Shown: positions 49,188-58,312, counted from the stretch's first letter. The stretch: DNA of 59,055 nucleotides from Pseudomonadota bacterium (GCA_023432885.1 JAEZEU010000116.1:1-59055); one strand, 5' to 3'. A program made the numbers and translations. Notes: generated by a model from the sequence alone, not told the origin.

Positions 49188-49604
49188 GGTTTGCTTTCCT
49201 GATGTGTGCCCGATACCCGGGGTGATGTGCGGGGATCAAATGACGATCGGGACCGGATGGATGTGGAAGTCGGCGTCACGACAGTGCGATTGCGCGGAAG
49301 CAAGGCCTCCGGTTCGCCTCGGTCAGACGTAGTTGCCGGGAGCCTGCGCGAGTGCAAGGGCGGCGCTGGTGGTGAGCGAGTATGATTGACCGCAAACGGC
49401 AATGCCGGTCACGGCGACTGATCCTTGGAGCGATAGGTCAGGAAGCGGCATGCCGATCTCGCTAGATCACACTTGGCGAGATTGACGATACGTCAGACGT
49501 TGTCCAGCCGTATAAAATACGGCCTTCTGACCGGGAAAACTCAAGAACCTTCTATCGACTACTTCTCCTGAGGTTGCGCTCCTTTGATGCCGCACAACAG
49601 GACG

Positions 49605-49904
49605 TCAAAGAATCCCAAAGCGCTTCCTTCGCTCCGCCGTCCGCGCGAGCTCCGCCAGTTCTGCCTGCGCCAGCCTGCCGTTGGCAAGGATGGCGTTGAG
49701 ATGATCGCGCACCTTGCCCACCACGTTGATGGCGAGGAACAGCTTTTCGCGGCCCTGCACATCATCGATCGCGGTGGAACGCCACGCCGACGCATAACTG
49801 TCTTCCAGCGTCTTGAACGCGTCAGTGAGCAGTTCGTTGTCGAGAAGCTCCTGCGCTTGCAACGCCCTGGCGCTAGCTGCGGCAAGATGGCTTTCGTCAG
49901 TCAT
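49605..49904 (-). CDS. Small phage protein following the portal
   Basis: AQELLDNELLTDAF...REKLFLA; overlaps the portal-C stop. Confidence 0.75.
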   Translation of the reverse strand: MTDESHLAAASARALQAQELLDNELLTDAFKTLEDSYASAWRSTAIDDVQGREKLFLAINVVGKVRDHLNAILANGRLAQAELAELARTAERRKRFGIL

Positions 49905-51591
49905 TGGCGCACCCTTTGCATTCCTGTGTCGTCGCGCCTTGATGGCTTGCGGCCGCAGCTGCCGGATCGAGCGCCGCCTCAGCCACCTCCATTTCGTGAT
50001 GCGTCTGCGCGTGATCGAACTTCTGCTGCTCCATTGCAGCCTTCAAATGCGCATCGAGCACTTTCATCCTTGCGTGGATCTCCGCCTTGACCTTGGCGAT
50101 CTCGATCTCGGCCTGGGCCTTGATCTGCTGATGAATCGCATCGTTCTGCGCTCGCTGTTGCTCGGCCTGCGCCTTGTGCGCGGCGGCGGCCTGGTCGGCC
50201 TGCGCTTTCGCGTGCAACGCAAGCACCCTTGGATCGGGTGGCGACGATGGCGGCGGCGATGGCGGTGCCGGCGGTGGATGCAGGAGCTGGCCTGTGCGCG
50301 GATCGCGTGCGGTCGGGTCGTTGAAGAAGCGGTCGGGGTTCTTGTGGCCCATGATCCGCGTCAATTCGGCTGCGGTGTTGTAGAGCTCGCGATCGCCGAC
50401 CAGGTGGAGCTTGCCGCCCATCACCAGTTCCTTCTGGATATTGGCCAGCGCCATGGCTTGCGCGAACTGGGCGGCTTTGCCGCCGCTGCCAAGACCGACA
50501 TTGATGGTCATGTCGTTGCGCGTCTTCCAGTTGCGTGGGTCGACATCGACCCACGCGTTGCGCAGCCGCACGGTCTGCAGCTGTTGGCCGTGCTTGCGGA
50601 TAGTCCCGTGCAGGAGGGCAAAGATGTCGCGCACGCCCTCCGCCATGATCCGCGCGATCAGCTTGATGCGCATCTGCGAGGCGGAAAACACTTGGGCAAC
50701 GGCCGTCGCGGACTGGTTTTGCAGCGCATTGGCATCGATCCCCTGCGACTGCCTGCTGAGACCCGTGCGCGCCTCGAGTTCGGCATCAAGGTACTGCATC
50801 ATCGGATAGATCGACGAGGTGATGTCGGGCACCACCTGCCAGTTCAGGCCGCCCGGCGTCTTGGTACGCACGACTCCGCCGGGCCGCGACACCAGGAGAT
50901 CGTCCAGCGTGTTGGGGCCGGCGTTGGCTTCTGACACCTCGACCCGAGGGTTGTTGTGCAGATAGAGATTGTCCAGCGCAGCGCGCTTGAGCGCCGTCTT
51001 CTCCCGCTGCAGCGGCATCACGAGATCCGCGATCGAGCGGCCGAAGAAGCGATGCGTCATCGGGACCGGCGTCGTTGTCGCAAACGGGATGCCATCGAAC
51101 GGCGTGATGCATTCGCGGCCGTCTTTGCGCAGGATCTCGCCTTGGTCGCCGCCGGTGACGACTTGATAGAGGCCCGGCCGCCCGTCGCCCTCATAGTCCA
51201 TTCGCACATAGTGCTCGGTGATACGAACCAGCCGCGCCGCCGAATTGGCGCCGCCCACAGTCGTTGCGAAATGCTCGCCGGTGGTGTTCCGCGCCAGCGT
51301 TTCGCTGTCGGTACTGCCGGTGTAATCGCCGAGCGCCCTCACCTGGGTGGCATCAAAGCCTTCGGCGATCAGCTGCGCTTCCGTCTTGGTCACCACCTCG
51401 TGGAAGCAGTAATTGCAGTCACGGATGCTGCGCGCACCGCGCTCGATGCCGAACTCTTCCGGCGGCACGCCGAGCACCTTTGCCTGCGCAAGCTTTCGCG
51501 TGGTGACAATGGTGACGTCGTGCATGGCCGGCAAGGCCAGCGGCGCCGGCGACACCGGGGAAACAGGAGCGTTCATTTTCATGGATACCAT
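49897..51591 (-). CDS. Portal protein, C-terminal part
   Basis: HDVTIV, VPPEEF, PMTHRFFGRS, LDNLYLHNNP, SRPGGVVR, NVGLGSG; Q/A-rich coiled tail; start 51576-51591. Confidence 0.85.
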   Translation of the reverse strand: MVSMKMNAPVSPVSPAPLALPAMHDVTIVTTRKLAQAKVLGVPPEEFGIERGARSIRDCNYCFHEVVTKTEAQLIAEGFDATQVRALGDYTGSTDSETLARNTTGEHFATTVGGANSAARLVRITEHYVRMDYEGDGRPGLYQVVTGGDQGEILRKDGRECITPFDGIPFATTTPVPMTHRFFGRSIADLVMPLQREKTALKRAALDNLYLHNNPRVEVSEANAGPNTLDDLLVSRPGGVVRTKTPGGLNWQVVPDITSSIYPMMQYLDAELEARTGLSRQSQGIDANALQNQSATAVAQVFSASQMRIKLIARIMAEGVRDIFALLHGTIRKHGQQLQTVRLRNAWVDVDPRNWKTRNDMTINVGLGSGGKAAQFAQAMALANIQKELVMGGKLHLVGDRELYNTAAELTRIMGHKNPDRFFNDPTARDPRTGQLLHPPPAPPSPPPSSPPDPRVLALHAKAQADQAAAAHKAQAEQQRAQNDAIHQQIKAQAEIEIAKVKAEIHARMKVLDAHLKAAMEQQKFDHAQTHHEMEVAEAALDPAAAAASHQGATTQECKGCAND

Positions 51592-51658
51592 CTGAAGAAG
51601 CGGCTGACGGCGGTGGACTTGCCGTCCTGTCGAAGCGCGAATGGGAGCCAATCCCGCT

Positions 51659-52210
51659 CTAGTTGCCGCGAAGCGAATTGTAGCGCAGATATTCCCAAAT
51701 GAGGTCAGCAAGCCCGCCGGCTGCTGCCAAATCTGGATCCTGAGGATCGTTGAGTCCGGCTTCAAGTAGCAGGCCTGGAAGGCCGCGCGGCACATTGTCA
51801 GTAGCAGGACGAACGAAACGCATGGGAGACGCGCCCATTCCGAAAGCACCGGGTCGATCGTTGACCTTACCTAGCGGCTTGGAGCTCGGTCCGGGGAAAT
51901 CGTACTCAAACACATTGTTCCGATTACGTATGTTGGCGTGAGTAGCGGAATCGCGCACTATGACGTCGGCTGCTGCAGGTTCGTTGGGAGGCGGATCGTA
52001 GTATCTCTCCCAATAGGCGGGATCGGATGTGTAAAGGGTCCAGGCGTCAGCATAGTCCGGAATCCGGAAGTCCCGCTTTATCCGATCTGCATACTTCTCT
52101 GGCGCGTTTGCTTCATCGCTGAAGAGACTGGCCCCGAGCTTGCTCCCCAACCTCTTGAAAGGTTGTCGCGCGACTTCCTTGAGAGCCTGTCTAGCGATAA
52201 AATCCCACAT
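51659..52210 (-). CDS. Cassette protein with type II tail
   Basis: Ends PRGLPGLLLEAGLNDPQDPDLAAAGGLADLIWEYLRYN. Confidence 0.7.
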   Translation of the reverse strand: MWDFIARQALKEVARQPFKRLGSKLGASLFSDEANAPEKYADRIKRDFRIPDYADAWTLYTSDPAYWERYYDPPPNEPAAADVIVRDSATHANIRNRNNVFEYDFPGPSSKPLGKVNDRPGAFGMGASPMRFVRPATDNVPRGLPGLLLEAGLNDPQDPDLAAAGGLADLIWEYLRYNSLRGN

Positions 52211-52311
52211 GAACTAAACCCCGCACGGATGAAACGAGCGCTCAGCGCTCGCAGCTGCTCGTCCTTAGGAAACAGACAGGTTTGGGCGCTGGCAGGCCTG
52301 GTACCGACCGA

Positions 52312-52566
52312 CTAGACAGAAAATCCAATCAATAGGCTGACCAAGAGCAACAACATCAGGCCGGCCGCGAGTCCGATCACGGCCGTCAATGACGTTTCTA
52401 TCTCAATCTGTCCCACTTCATCGCGGCGATAGCCGAACCAATTGAACTTCCCCATCGGCCCCGTCAGCGGCTCGGCACGCGCTCGTCCAAGGGAAATCAG
52501 CGGCAGCAGGAGCCGCCCTATTGGATAACCAACCACTTCAAGCAGGAAATCCATGAGTATCGTCAT
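52312..52566 (-). CDS. Small 2-TM membrane protein (cassette partner)
   Basis: GAGGT RBS; two hydrophobic segments. Confidence 0.7.
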   Translation of the reverse strand: MTILMDFLLEVVGYPIGRLLLPLISLGRARAEPLTGPMGKFNWFGYRRDEVGQIEIETSLTAVIGLAAGLMLLLLVSLLIGFSV

Positions 52567-52574
52567 ATCGCACC

Positions 52575-53009
52575 TCAGCTCGCTCGTGCTGCCTGCGTGT
52601 CGCTGCGCTTGCGATTGCCGCTTAGGTATTCCTGAAGAAGCGCGACAAGGCCGTGTGGAGCCGAAAACTCGAAGACGCCTGCTCGCTCCAGCATGCCGAG
52701 CAGCCCTCCGGATGGGCGGCGGGCAAATTCACTCATCGAGTTCAAACTGTCAGGTGGCACGGACTGTGTGAGCGGCAGTTCGAACGAAGGGCTGTACGTT
52801 GGCGCCCCTGTTATCAGGTGAGGACGAGACGGCGGATCAACCTCGATCGGGGCCGGTATAATCGGGTCCGGTTCATCCGGTATAACCGGGACCGGATCAT
52901 ACCAGTTCTTGCCCCGCGGCGCCGGTGGCGGAAGAAACCACCGCCAATCTACTGGCGGTGGTGCCTGCCGCTTCTGTCCGGAGTCGGGCTGATCAACCGA
53001 GCGCGCCAT
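52575..53009 (-). CDS. Pro-rich cassette protein with type II tail
   Basis: Ends PSGGLLGMLERAGVFEFSAPHGLVALLQEYLSGN; GAGGA RBS. Confidence 0.7.
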   Translation of the reverse strand: MARSVDQPDSGQKRQAPPPVDWRWFLPPPAPRGKNWYDPVPVIPDEPDPIIPAPIEVDPPSRPHLITGAPTYSPSFELPLTQSVPPDSLNSMSEFARRPSGGLLGMLERAGVFEFSAPHGLVALLQEYLSGNRKRSDTQAARAS

Positions 53010-53143
53010 GGGGCGTCCTCAAACTGCAGGTGGACAATATACAAAGATTCTCGGCGTATGATTTTGGATCAGGACCCGCGCGCAACCGGACTGGATTTTT
53101 TTGCCAGCTGATGAATTGGATCATTGTCCCCACGGGATCGACA

Positions 53144-53953
53144 CTAAGGATCGTAGATCACTCTTCCAAGACCTCGTCGCGCCGCCATCTTATCCACCTC
53201 TTCCTGGCTTTGAGGATAGGCCTCGTAGAAGATCTTTGCCTTGAACAGAACAGGATAGTATCTCGGGTGAAGGGTCCACAAGACATCGCGAAAGACGCCG
53301 GTGTCCCCGTACAAGTTTCTCAGAATCCTTCTCACGTAAAGGCTGTCCGGAGGATGATCGAATAACGGATCGATTACTCTCTCCGCAAAAAACCGCGCCA
53401 CTTCAGGCGAATACCCCGCGCCGTGCTCGCCGCCGGGTCGACACGACCCACGTTGCAGCTTCTTTAGCTTGCCGTCCGGGGGTTCGATCACATACGTACA
53501 ATCGGGGCGGGCGGGATCAACGCTTCGAGGGTAGTGCCAGGCGACCAAGACTCCCTTCAACACATAGCTCTGATGCGACGCAATAAGAAAAAAGCTCGCG
53601 CAGGCTGAGAGGCAGTAGCCATGGACGACCACCGTCGCTTGACGGTCGCGAACAATGCGCGAAAGCGCCACCGCAACGTCCGGGTTTCCTCCGGGGCTCC
53701 TGACGACAAAGAGCCCATTCTCCTTCAGACCCAGTGCCGAGGACACATCCAAATCATCTGTAGCTTTACCGTCAAAACACAAGATCTGCTCATCAGGACT
53801 GAGCGCCATCGGCCGCGATACGTTGCCGCGGCAATATTCCACGGCGCGGTAGTACCGTTCCCTGTCAAAATCCTGCTCAGCGCGGCTATGACCCGAAGAA
53901 AAAAGGAGCCCCCAGGCCGCAACAGCAAGAAGACATCGTGCTTCCCCGCTCAT
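53144..53953 (-). CDS. Exported ClpP/crotonase-fold protein (COG3904-like)
   Basis: Signal peptide; VRSPGG, CLSACA, VAWH. Confidence 0.7.
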   Translation of the reverse strand: MSGEARCLLAVAAWGLLFSSGHSRAEQDFDRERYYRAVEYCRGNVSRPMALSPDEQILCFDGKATDDLDVSSALGLKENGLFVVRSPGGNPDVAVALSRIVRDRQATVVVHGYCLSACASFFLIASHQSYVLKGVLVAWHYPRSVDPARPDCTYVIEPPDGKLKKLQRGSCRPGGEHGAGYSPEVARFFAERVIDPLFDHPPDSLYVRRILRNLYGDTGVFRDVLWTLHPRYYPVLFKAKIFYEAYPQSQEEVDKMAARRGLGRVIYDP

Positions 53954-53973
53954 CAAAGCGCAAGGTCTGCCCG

Positions 53974-54141
53974 TCAGGACTGATTAGACCGAGCAGGCCG
54001 CCGGAGGGCCGCGCGGGGTAGTCGATAGTTCCGCTTTATCCGATCAGCATACCTCTCGCCCTCATTCAGTTCAGTAGGCCAGCGCGTAGCAGCCTGGCCT
54101 GTGACGGAACCAAGTTTCTTCCTCAAGAAGTGACCGCGCAT
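53974..54141 (-). pseudogene. Truncated paralogue of 51659-52210
   Basis: GGAGG RBS; KKLGS...ELNEGERYADRIKRNYRLP versus KRLGS...EANAPEKYADRIKRDFRIP. Confidence 0.65.
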
Positions 54142-54398
54142 GCGAACCTCCGTCACGGCGACGACGGCCCCGAGAATGCAAGTGGGCGTAACACAGGGCA
54201 CCGGATACGTGGGCGATGCAGTCGCGCCTACCCGGCGCAACCGGCATCCCGAGCCGTAATTCAAACAGCGTGCCCGATTCCGAGCACATGATCCTCAATG
54301 TCGCACGCGAGGCCAATCGTCCTAATAACCGTCATGGGAAACAACGAATTCATCTGCATTGCCAGACCTGTCAGTTTGGCGAACTTCCATCTTTGGTT

Positions 54399-54427
54399 GA
54401 TATAGAACAAAACACGAACTGTGTCAA
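54399..54427 (-). promoter_or_regulatory. Sigma70 promoter with LexA box (copy 4)
   Basis: TTGACA-ca-GTTC-gtgtttt-GTTC-TATATC. Confidence 0.85.
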
Positions 54428-54577
54428 TTTCCGTGCATGTGAAGATGCGGAGCGAGAGATGCATGTGGCAGAATGATCGCCGACTTGCACCGGCGCCACG
54501 CACGATGCCGCACGACACAAACTGCTTGAGGGAAAATGGTTGCTGCGAGCTTCGATCCACCTCCCGGGAGGAGACCT

Positions 54578-54627
54578 GTTGCGCAGATCCTCTGAATCAG
54601 TCCGGAAAGTCCACCAGGCTCCGGCGG
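54578..54627 (-). pseudogene. Orphan type II tail remnant
   Basis: PPEPGGLSGLIQ then, after a 1-nt deletion, DLRN (compare GGLADLIWEYLRYN). Confidence 0.55.
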
Positions 54628-54907
54628 GCCTGAATAGCGCGGACCGGAGAAGCCAGGGAAGAGTCACAAAATGGGACCGGACTTGAAATGAAGAAGCATC
54701 AGGTCAAAGCACTATTGGTTGCTTGAATGCCCTACTCACCTTCAGTGTCTGGACCGCTTTCGGACGTTGCGTTGCGTATTTCCTTCTCGGACCAAAGGGA
54801 ATTCTGATGGTACTTGCGGCTATTCCGGTTATGCGCTTCGCAGACTTCTTCCACGACGTCTTCGCACCCCGCAAGAAGTAGCTGATGCTGTTGGCGAGAG
54901 CTGATCT

Positions 54908-55471
54908 CTAAACGACAGCGTCCTTTCTTTCTGCCTCATGCACCGTGTGCTCGATGATCTTAATCGCACCACCGGATTCCGCCACTGCCTGCGCCAGCAG
55001 CGCGAACTGATCATCGGTCAGATCGTAATACGTCTCCCGGCTTTCCTCCTCGCGCTCCTCCCACCAAACCTTGACGATACCGACCTTGGAGAGCAGCGCG
55101 TCCTTGATGAAGGAGTAGAGGATCATGAAGCCCGGGTTCTGCTGCATGAAGACGTGATTGACGTAATCCGTCTCCTGCTGCGCCGCTGCCTCGTCCTCAG
55201 GACCGACCGGCTCGAAACGCACGACTTCGTCGCCGCCGGCGAAGATATCCATCAAACCCGGCATCATGCCTTCGATGGTATCGGCGACTTCGGTCGACAC
55301 GGCGCGTGAGCGGCCATCCTGCGCTGGCATGTCCTTGCGCATGTCGCCAAGATAATAATCCATCGCATCGGCGCGATCTTCCATCAGCTTGGCTGCGGAG
55401 ATCGCTGCGAGTGCGCCTGCCTTCTCGGCCGCGAGCATCGCCTTGAGGTCGGATGTCGACATTTTGGGCAT
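54908..55471 (-). CDS. Portal protein, N-terminal part
   Basis: AMDYYLG, GRSRAVSTEVADTIE, FEPVGPEDEAAAQQETDYVN, KDALLSKVGIVKVWW; own stop after KIIEHTVHEAERKDAVV. Confidence 0.85.
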   Translation of the reverse strand: MPKMSTSDLKAMLAAEKAGALAAISAAKLMEDRADAMDYYLGDMRKDMPAQDGRSRAVSTEVADTIEGMMPGLMDIFAGGDEVVRFEPVGPEDEAAAQQETDYVNHVFMQQNPGFMILYSFIKDALLSKVGIVKVWWEEREEESRETYYDLTDDQFALLAQAVAESGGAIKIIEHTVHEAERKDAVV

Positions 55472-55587
55472 GATCAATCTCGATGTTGCAAGGATGTGGT
55501 GCGATAAGGCTGACGAAGCCGCTATCTGGACAAAGCCGACTCGGGCAGGTCGGATGCTTCACCAACCATGACCGCAGGAGAAGACGC

Positions 55588-55902
55588 TTGGCCAACCCTC
55601 CCGATATCGATCCGCCCGGCAAGGGGCAGGTGCCAGCCTTCGAGAACCGCAACGACGTCCCGACCATCTATTTCGATATCGCTCCGGCCTACGGCGTGAT
55701 GAGCGGGATCGTGCAGGTGGAGCTGGGCGCGCGCATTCTGGTGCCGCATCAGGATGACTCCGTCGATGTCAGGTTCGTCTCATGCGGCAGGCTGCGCTGC
55801 AGCGCCGCGGCCGCCGTGCATCTGCGCAATGCGATCGATGCGTCGCTGAAAATGCTGGAGCAGCCGCAGCCCAATCCGGTCGGCACCTCGAAGCTGAATT
55901 GA
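55588..55902 (+). CDS. Hypothetical protein, antisense to the phage operon
   Basis: AGGAG RBS with TTG start; host-like high GC. Confidence 0.65.
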   Translation: MANPPDIDPPGKGQVPAFENRNDVPTIYFDIAPAYGVMSGIVQVELGARILVPHQDDSVDVRFVSCGRLRCSAAAAVHLRNAIDASLKMLEQPQPNPVGTSKLN

Positions 55903-56236
55903 GCGGGGCTGTGCTTCGGTACAGACCATCTGCTACGCGAACGAAAGAGATCGCAACGGACAGCGAAGCAAGTCGTTGCACGCGCGGCGCGACTCTATCT
56001 GCCGGCGAGGATTAGGGGAGCGGGCACAGTCGCCGACGCCCCGTCCGGGCCATCGCACCCTGCGTTCTTGCTCTGCCATCACACCCGTCCTGAATTGAAA
56101 ACCCGGCAGAAGTAACTATGCTCATGAAGCCATCAGTGCTGGACCTGCTATCAGCACCGGGCGATCAACCCGGCCCAGCCACGGCGGAGATGCTGCGGCG
56201 AGCGGGTGCGCACGGAGCAAGGACTGCGAGCCAGGA

Positions 56237-56638
56237 ATGACGTATCTAGCTATAGGCGTTGTCGTGGTCTGGCTTGGCGGCCTGCTTTTTCTTGCCGGGG
56301 TCCACTTGAACGATCTTCGTCTGTTGCACAACAACTTCGCTCCCGGTAAGCGGCCTACAGGAGATTCGTTACAGCTCCCACCTGCCCATATCGCGGTAGC
56401 AGCACTGCTTTCTCCCTTGCTGGACCTCGTGCTGTCTACGGCATGGCTTCTTTCCAGCCGCTCGACTGGACGAGATCGCTTCCGCGGTCACCTTGCCGGG
56501 GTCGACCGCTCGCAATTGACCGAAGCCGGCCGCGCCTATCTCGAAATAGCGATCCGCCACGAACGGATCTTCTTCGCTTGGATGATCGGCGGGGTCGTGC
56601 CGATCATCTGGGCAGGCTATCTTCTCTCGAAATCGTAG
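56237..56638 (+). CDS. Membrane protein (2-3 TM), antisense to the phage operon
   Basis: Hydrophobic N- and C-terminal helices. Confidence 0.6.
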   Translation: MTYLAIGVVVVWLGGLLFLAGVHLNDLRLLHNNFAPGKRPTGDSLQLPPAHIAVAALLSPLLDLVLSTAWLLSSRSTGRDRFRGHLAGVDRSQLTEAGRAYLEIAIRHERIFFAWMIGGVVPIIWAGYLLSKS

Positions 56639-56705
56639 CAGGCCGAGATACGTCATTCAGCCGCCAGATAAAGAACCCGCGGCACGAATTCGCCGGCATG
56701 CCCCC

Positions 56706-58016
56706 TCACCTCCACCCATTCTCCGCATAACGGATCGGCCGGTTGAAATTTCCCGCCCTGTCCGGCTCTTCGTAACAGATCGCCATCAGACCCAGCGCGT
56801 CCGCGGCGTGACTTGACCAGTCGTGCTCCGGTCCAAGGCCGATGTTGCGCTCATCGTCTTTGCGCTCGTGATAGAACCCGATCGCATCGCGCCCTGCTTC
56901 GGTCGTCGCCTCGTTCCACCAGATCTGGGGCCCAAGCCGGCGCAATGCTTCGATGCGCATCATCGCGGCGCCCCTGCCCTGGTTCTTCACCGGCGGTTCG
57001 ACCGCAAAGCCGGCATCGCGCAAATGATCCTCATAGCGCTTGCCGGTGATGTTGTTGGCGGCGACGCCGTCATGCGGCAGATAAAGAATCGCATTCTGGT
57101 AGCCGCGCGAGCGCAGCCAGTTGACGTGAAAAGCCAGCACCTGCCCGACGCTCTCATAGTAGTCGAGCACGCGGACCTGGTTGCCGGCCCACTGCACGAT
57201 CCAGATGGTAAAGGCGTCGGCGGTTGCGCCGGCGCCGCCGATGTCGATGAAGGCGCGCAGTGGCAGCAGCGGATCGGCGGCGACCTTTCCGATCCTGCCT
57301 TGCGCCCTCGCCTCCAACAGCATGGTCGCGAAGTACGCGCCCTCGAAAGCCTTCACGTAGTCCCCTTCCCAGATGTGCTCGTAGCGATGGGGATAGAGTT
57401 CTAGATCAAGGCTCCGCTCTTCCTCGAGCACCGAAGGAAACCACGGATTGTCGCGCCAGCTCGCCTTCACTACGATGGCGCCGGCGGGCTGGCGCGCACG
57501 AAGAAAATCATCGATCGCGTCAGACTTGCGGCAGGGATTCCAGCTCGCCCACAGCTCGGAATTTTTCGCGCGGATGGTCGGCCGCAGCAGCGCCAGACTG
57601 CGAGCGCTCAGCGACTGCGCCTCGTCGATCCAGGCGATGCGGAAACCTTCCAGCGACTTGATTGATTCGGCCGTGTGATCCTGCATTCCGCGAAAAATGA
57701 TGACGCCGTCGCCGGGCGTCTCGATCTTGTCGGTGAAGATCCTAAAACCCTGGCCGAGACCGAGCGAAACGATCTTGCTTTCGATCAGCCGCTTGCTCGA
57801 TTGCGCTAGTGTGCGCTGCGCCTCGCGAATGCAGACCGCAAGCGTGCCGCGCTCGGCCTGGCAGGTCTCGACCAGCAACTCGCCGAAGAAATGCGACTTG
57901 CCGGACCCGCGCCCGCCGTACACGCCCTTGTAGCGCGCTGGCTTGAGCAGCGGTTCGAACGCTTTTGCTGTTGGGATTTTCAGAGTGGACAATGGCAGGC
58001 TCGATGCGACGGGCAT
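56706..58016 (-). CDS. terL: Terminase large subunit (PBSX-like)
   Basis: Walker A GGRGSGKS, Walker B WIDEA, SWNP, nuclease DIG...HDWSSHAADA. Confidence 0.93.
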   Translation of the reverse strand: MPVASSLPLSTLKIPTAKAFEPLLKPARYKGVYGGRGSGKSHFFGELLVETCQAERGTLAVCIREAQRTLAQSSKRLIESKIVSLGLGQGFRIFTDKIETPGDGVIIFRGMQDHTAESIKSLEGFRIAWIDEAQSLSARSLALLRPTIRAKNSELWASWNPCRKSDAIDDFLRARQPAGAIVVKASWRDNPWFPSVLEEERSLDLELYPHRYEHIWEGDYVKAFEGAYFATMLLEARAQGRIGKVAADPLLPLRAFIDIGGAGATADAFTIWIVQWAGNQVRVLDYYESVGQVLAFHVNWLRSRGYQNAILYLPHDGVAANNITGKRYEDHLRDAGFAVEPPVKNQGRGAAMMRIEALRRLGPQIWWNEATTEAGRDAIGFYHERKDDERNIGLGPEHDWSSHAADALGLMAICYEEPDRAGNFNRPIRYAENGWR

Positions 58017-58312
58017 CAGTTGCTCTCATCGGGCGCGCAATCGCGCTCTTGATCCAGCATCTTCCCGGTCGAACCTTCGGGATGAACGATCACGCGCTCG
58101 ATGCGGTGAATCATCTTGAGCGGATCGTCTCCGCTTTGCAGCGGTTGCGCCGCCTTGCCCCAGCCGCGATCCAGGATGGAGTTCGCGGCCGAGACGCGCG
58201 CGGCAGGCGTCGCATCGTTCGAGCGCATGATGCCGACCAGCACGTTGATCGCGGTCCTGGTGTGACTCCGCGCGATGGAGCGGATTTCGGTCAGGGTTTT
58301 GGCTCGTCTCAC
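58016..58312 (-). CDS. Terminase small subunit-like protein
   Basis: ARVSAANSILDRGWGKAAQ; TGATG coupling to terL; GTG start. Confidence 0.75.
   Translation of the reverse strand: MRRAKTLTEIRSIARSHTRTAINVLVGIMRSNDATPAARVSAANSILDRGWGKAAQPLQSGDDPLKMIHRIERVIVHPEGSTGKMLDQERDCAPDESN

Noticed and set aside
49533..49548. Possible fifth LexA box (GTTC-ttgagtt-TTCC, minus strand)
   Set aside because: Second half-site is degenerate and the TTGACA-N2 context is absent
51592..51849. N-terminal extension of the portal-C ORF to 51849
   Set aside because: Overlaps the 51659-52210 gene in another frame and is not portal-like
54690..54881. Plus-strand hydrophobic frame (GCLNALLTFSVW...FAPRKK*)
   Set aside because: No in-frame start with an RBS; possibly a decayed membrane gene but not supportable
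51592..54907. Group I/II intron, intein or IS as the cause of the portal split
   Set aside because: No RT, homing endonuclease, transposase, terminal repeats or intein ends seen; both halves have their own start and stop
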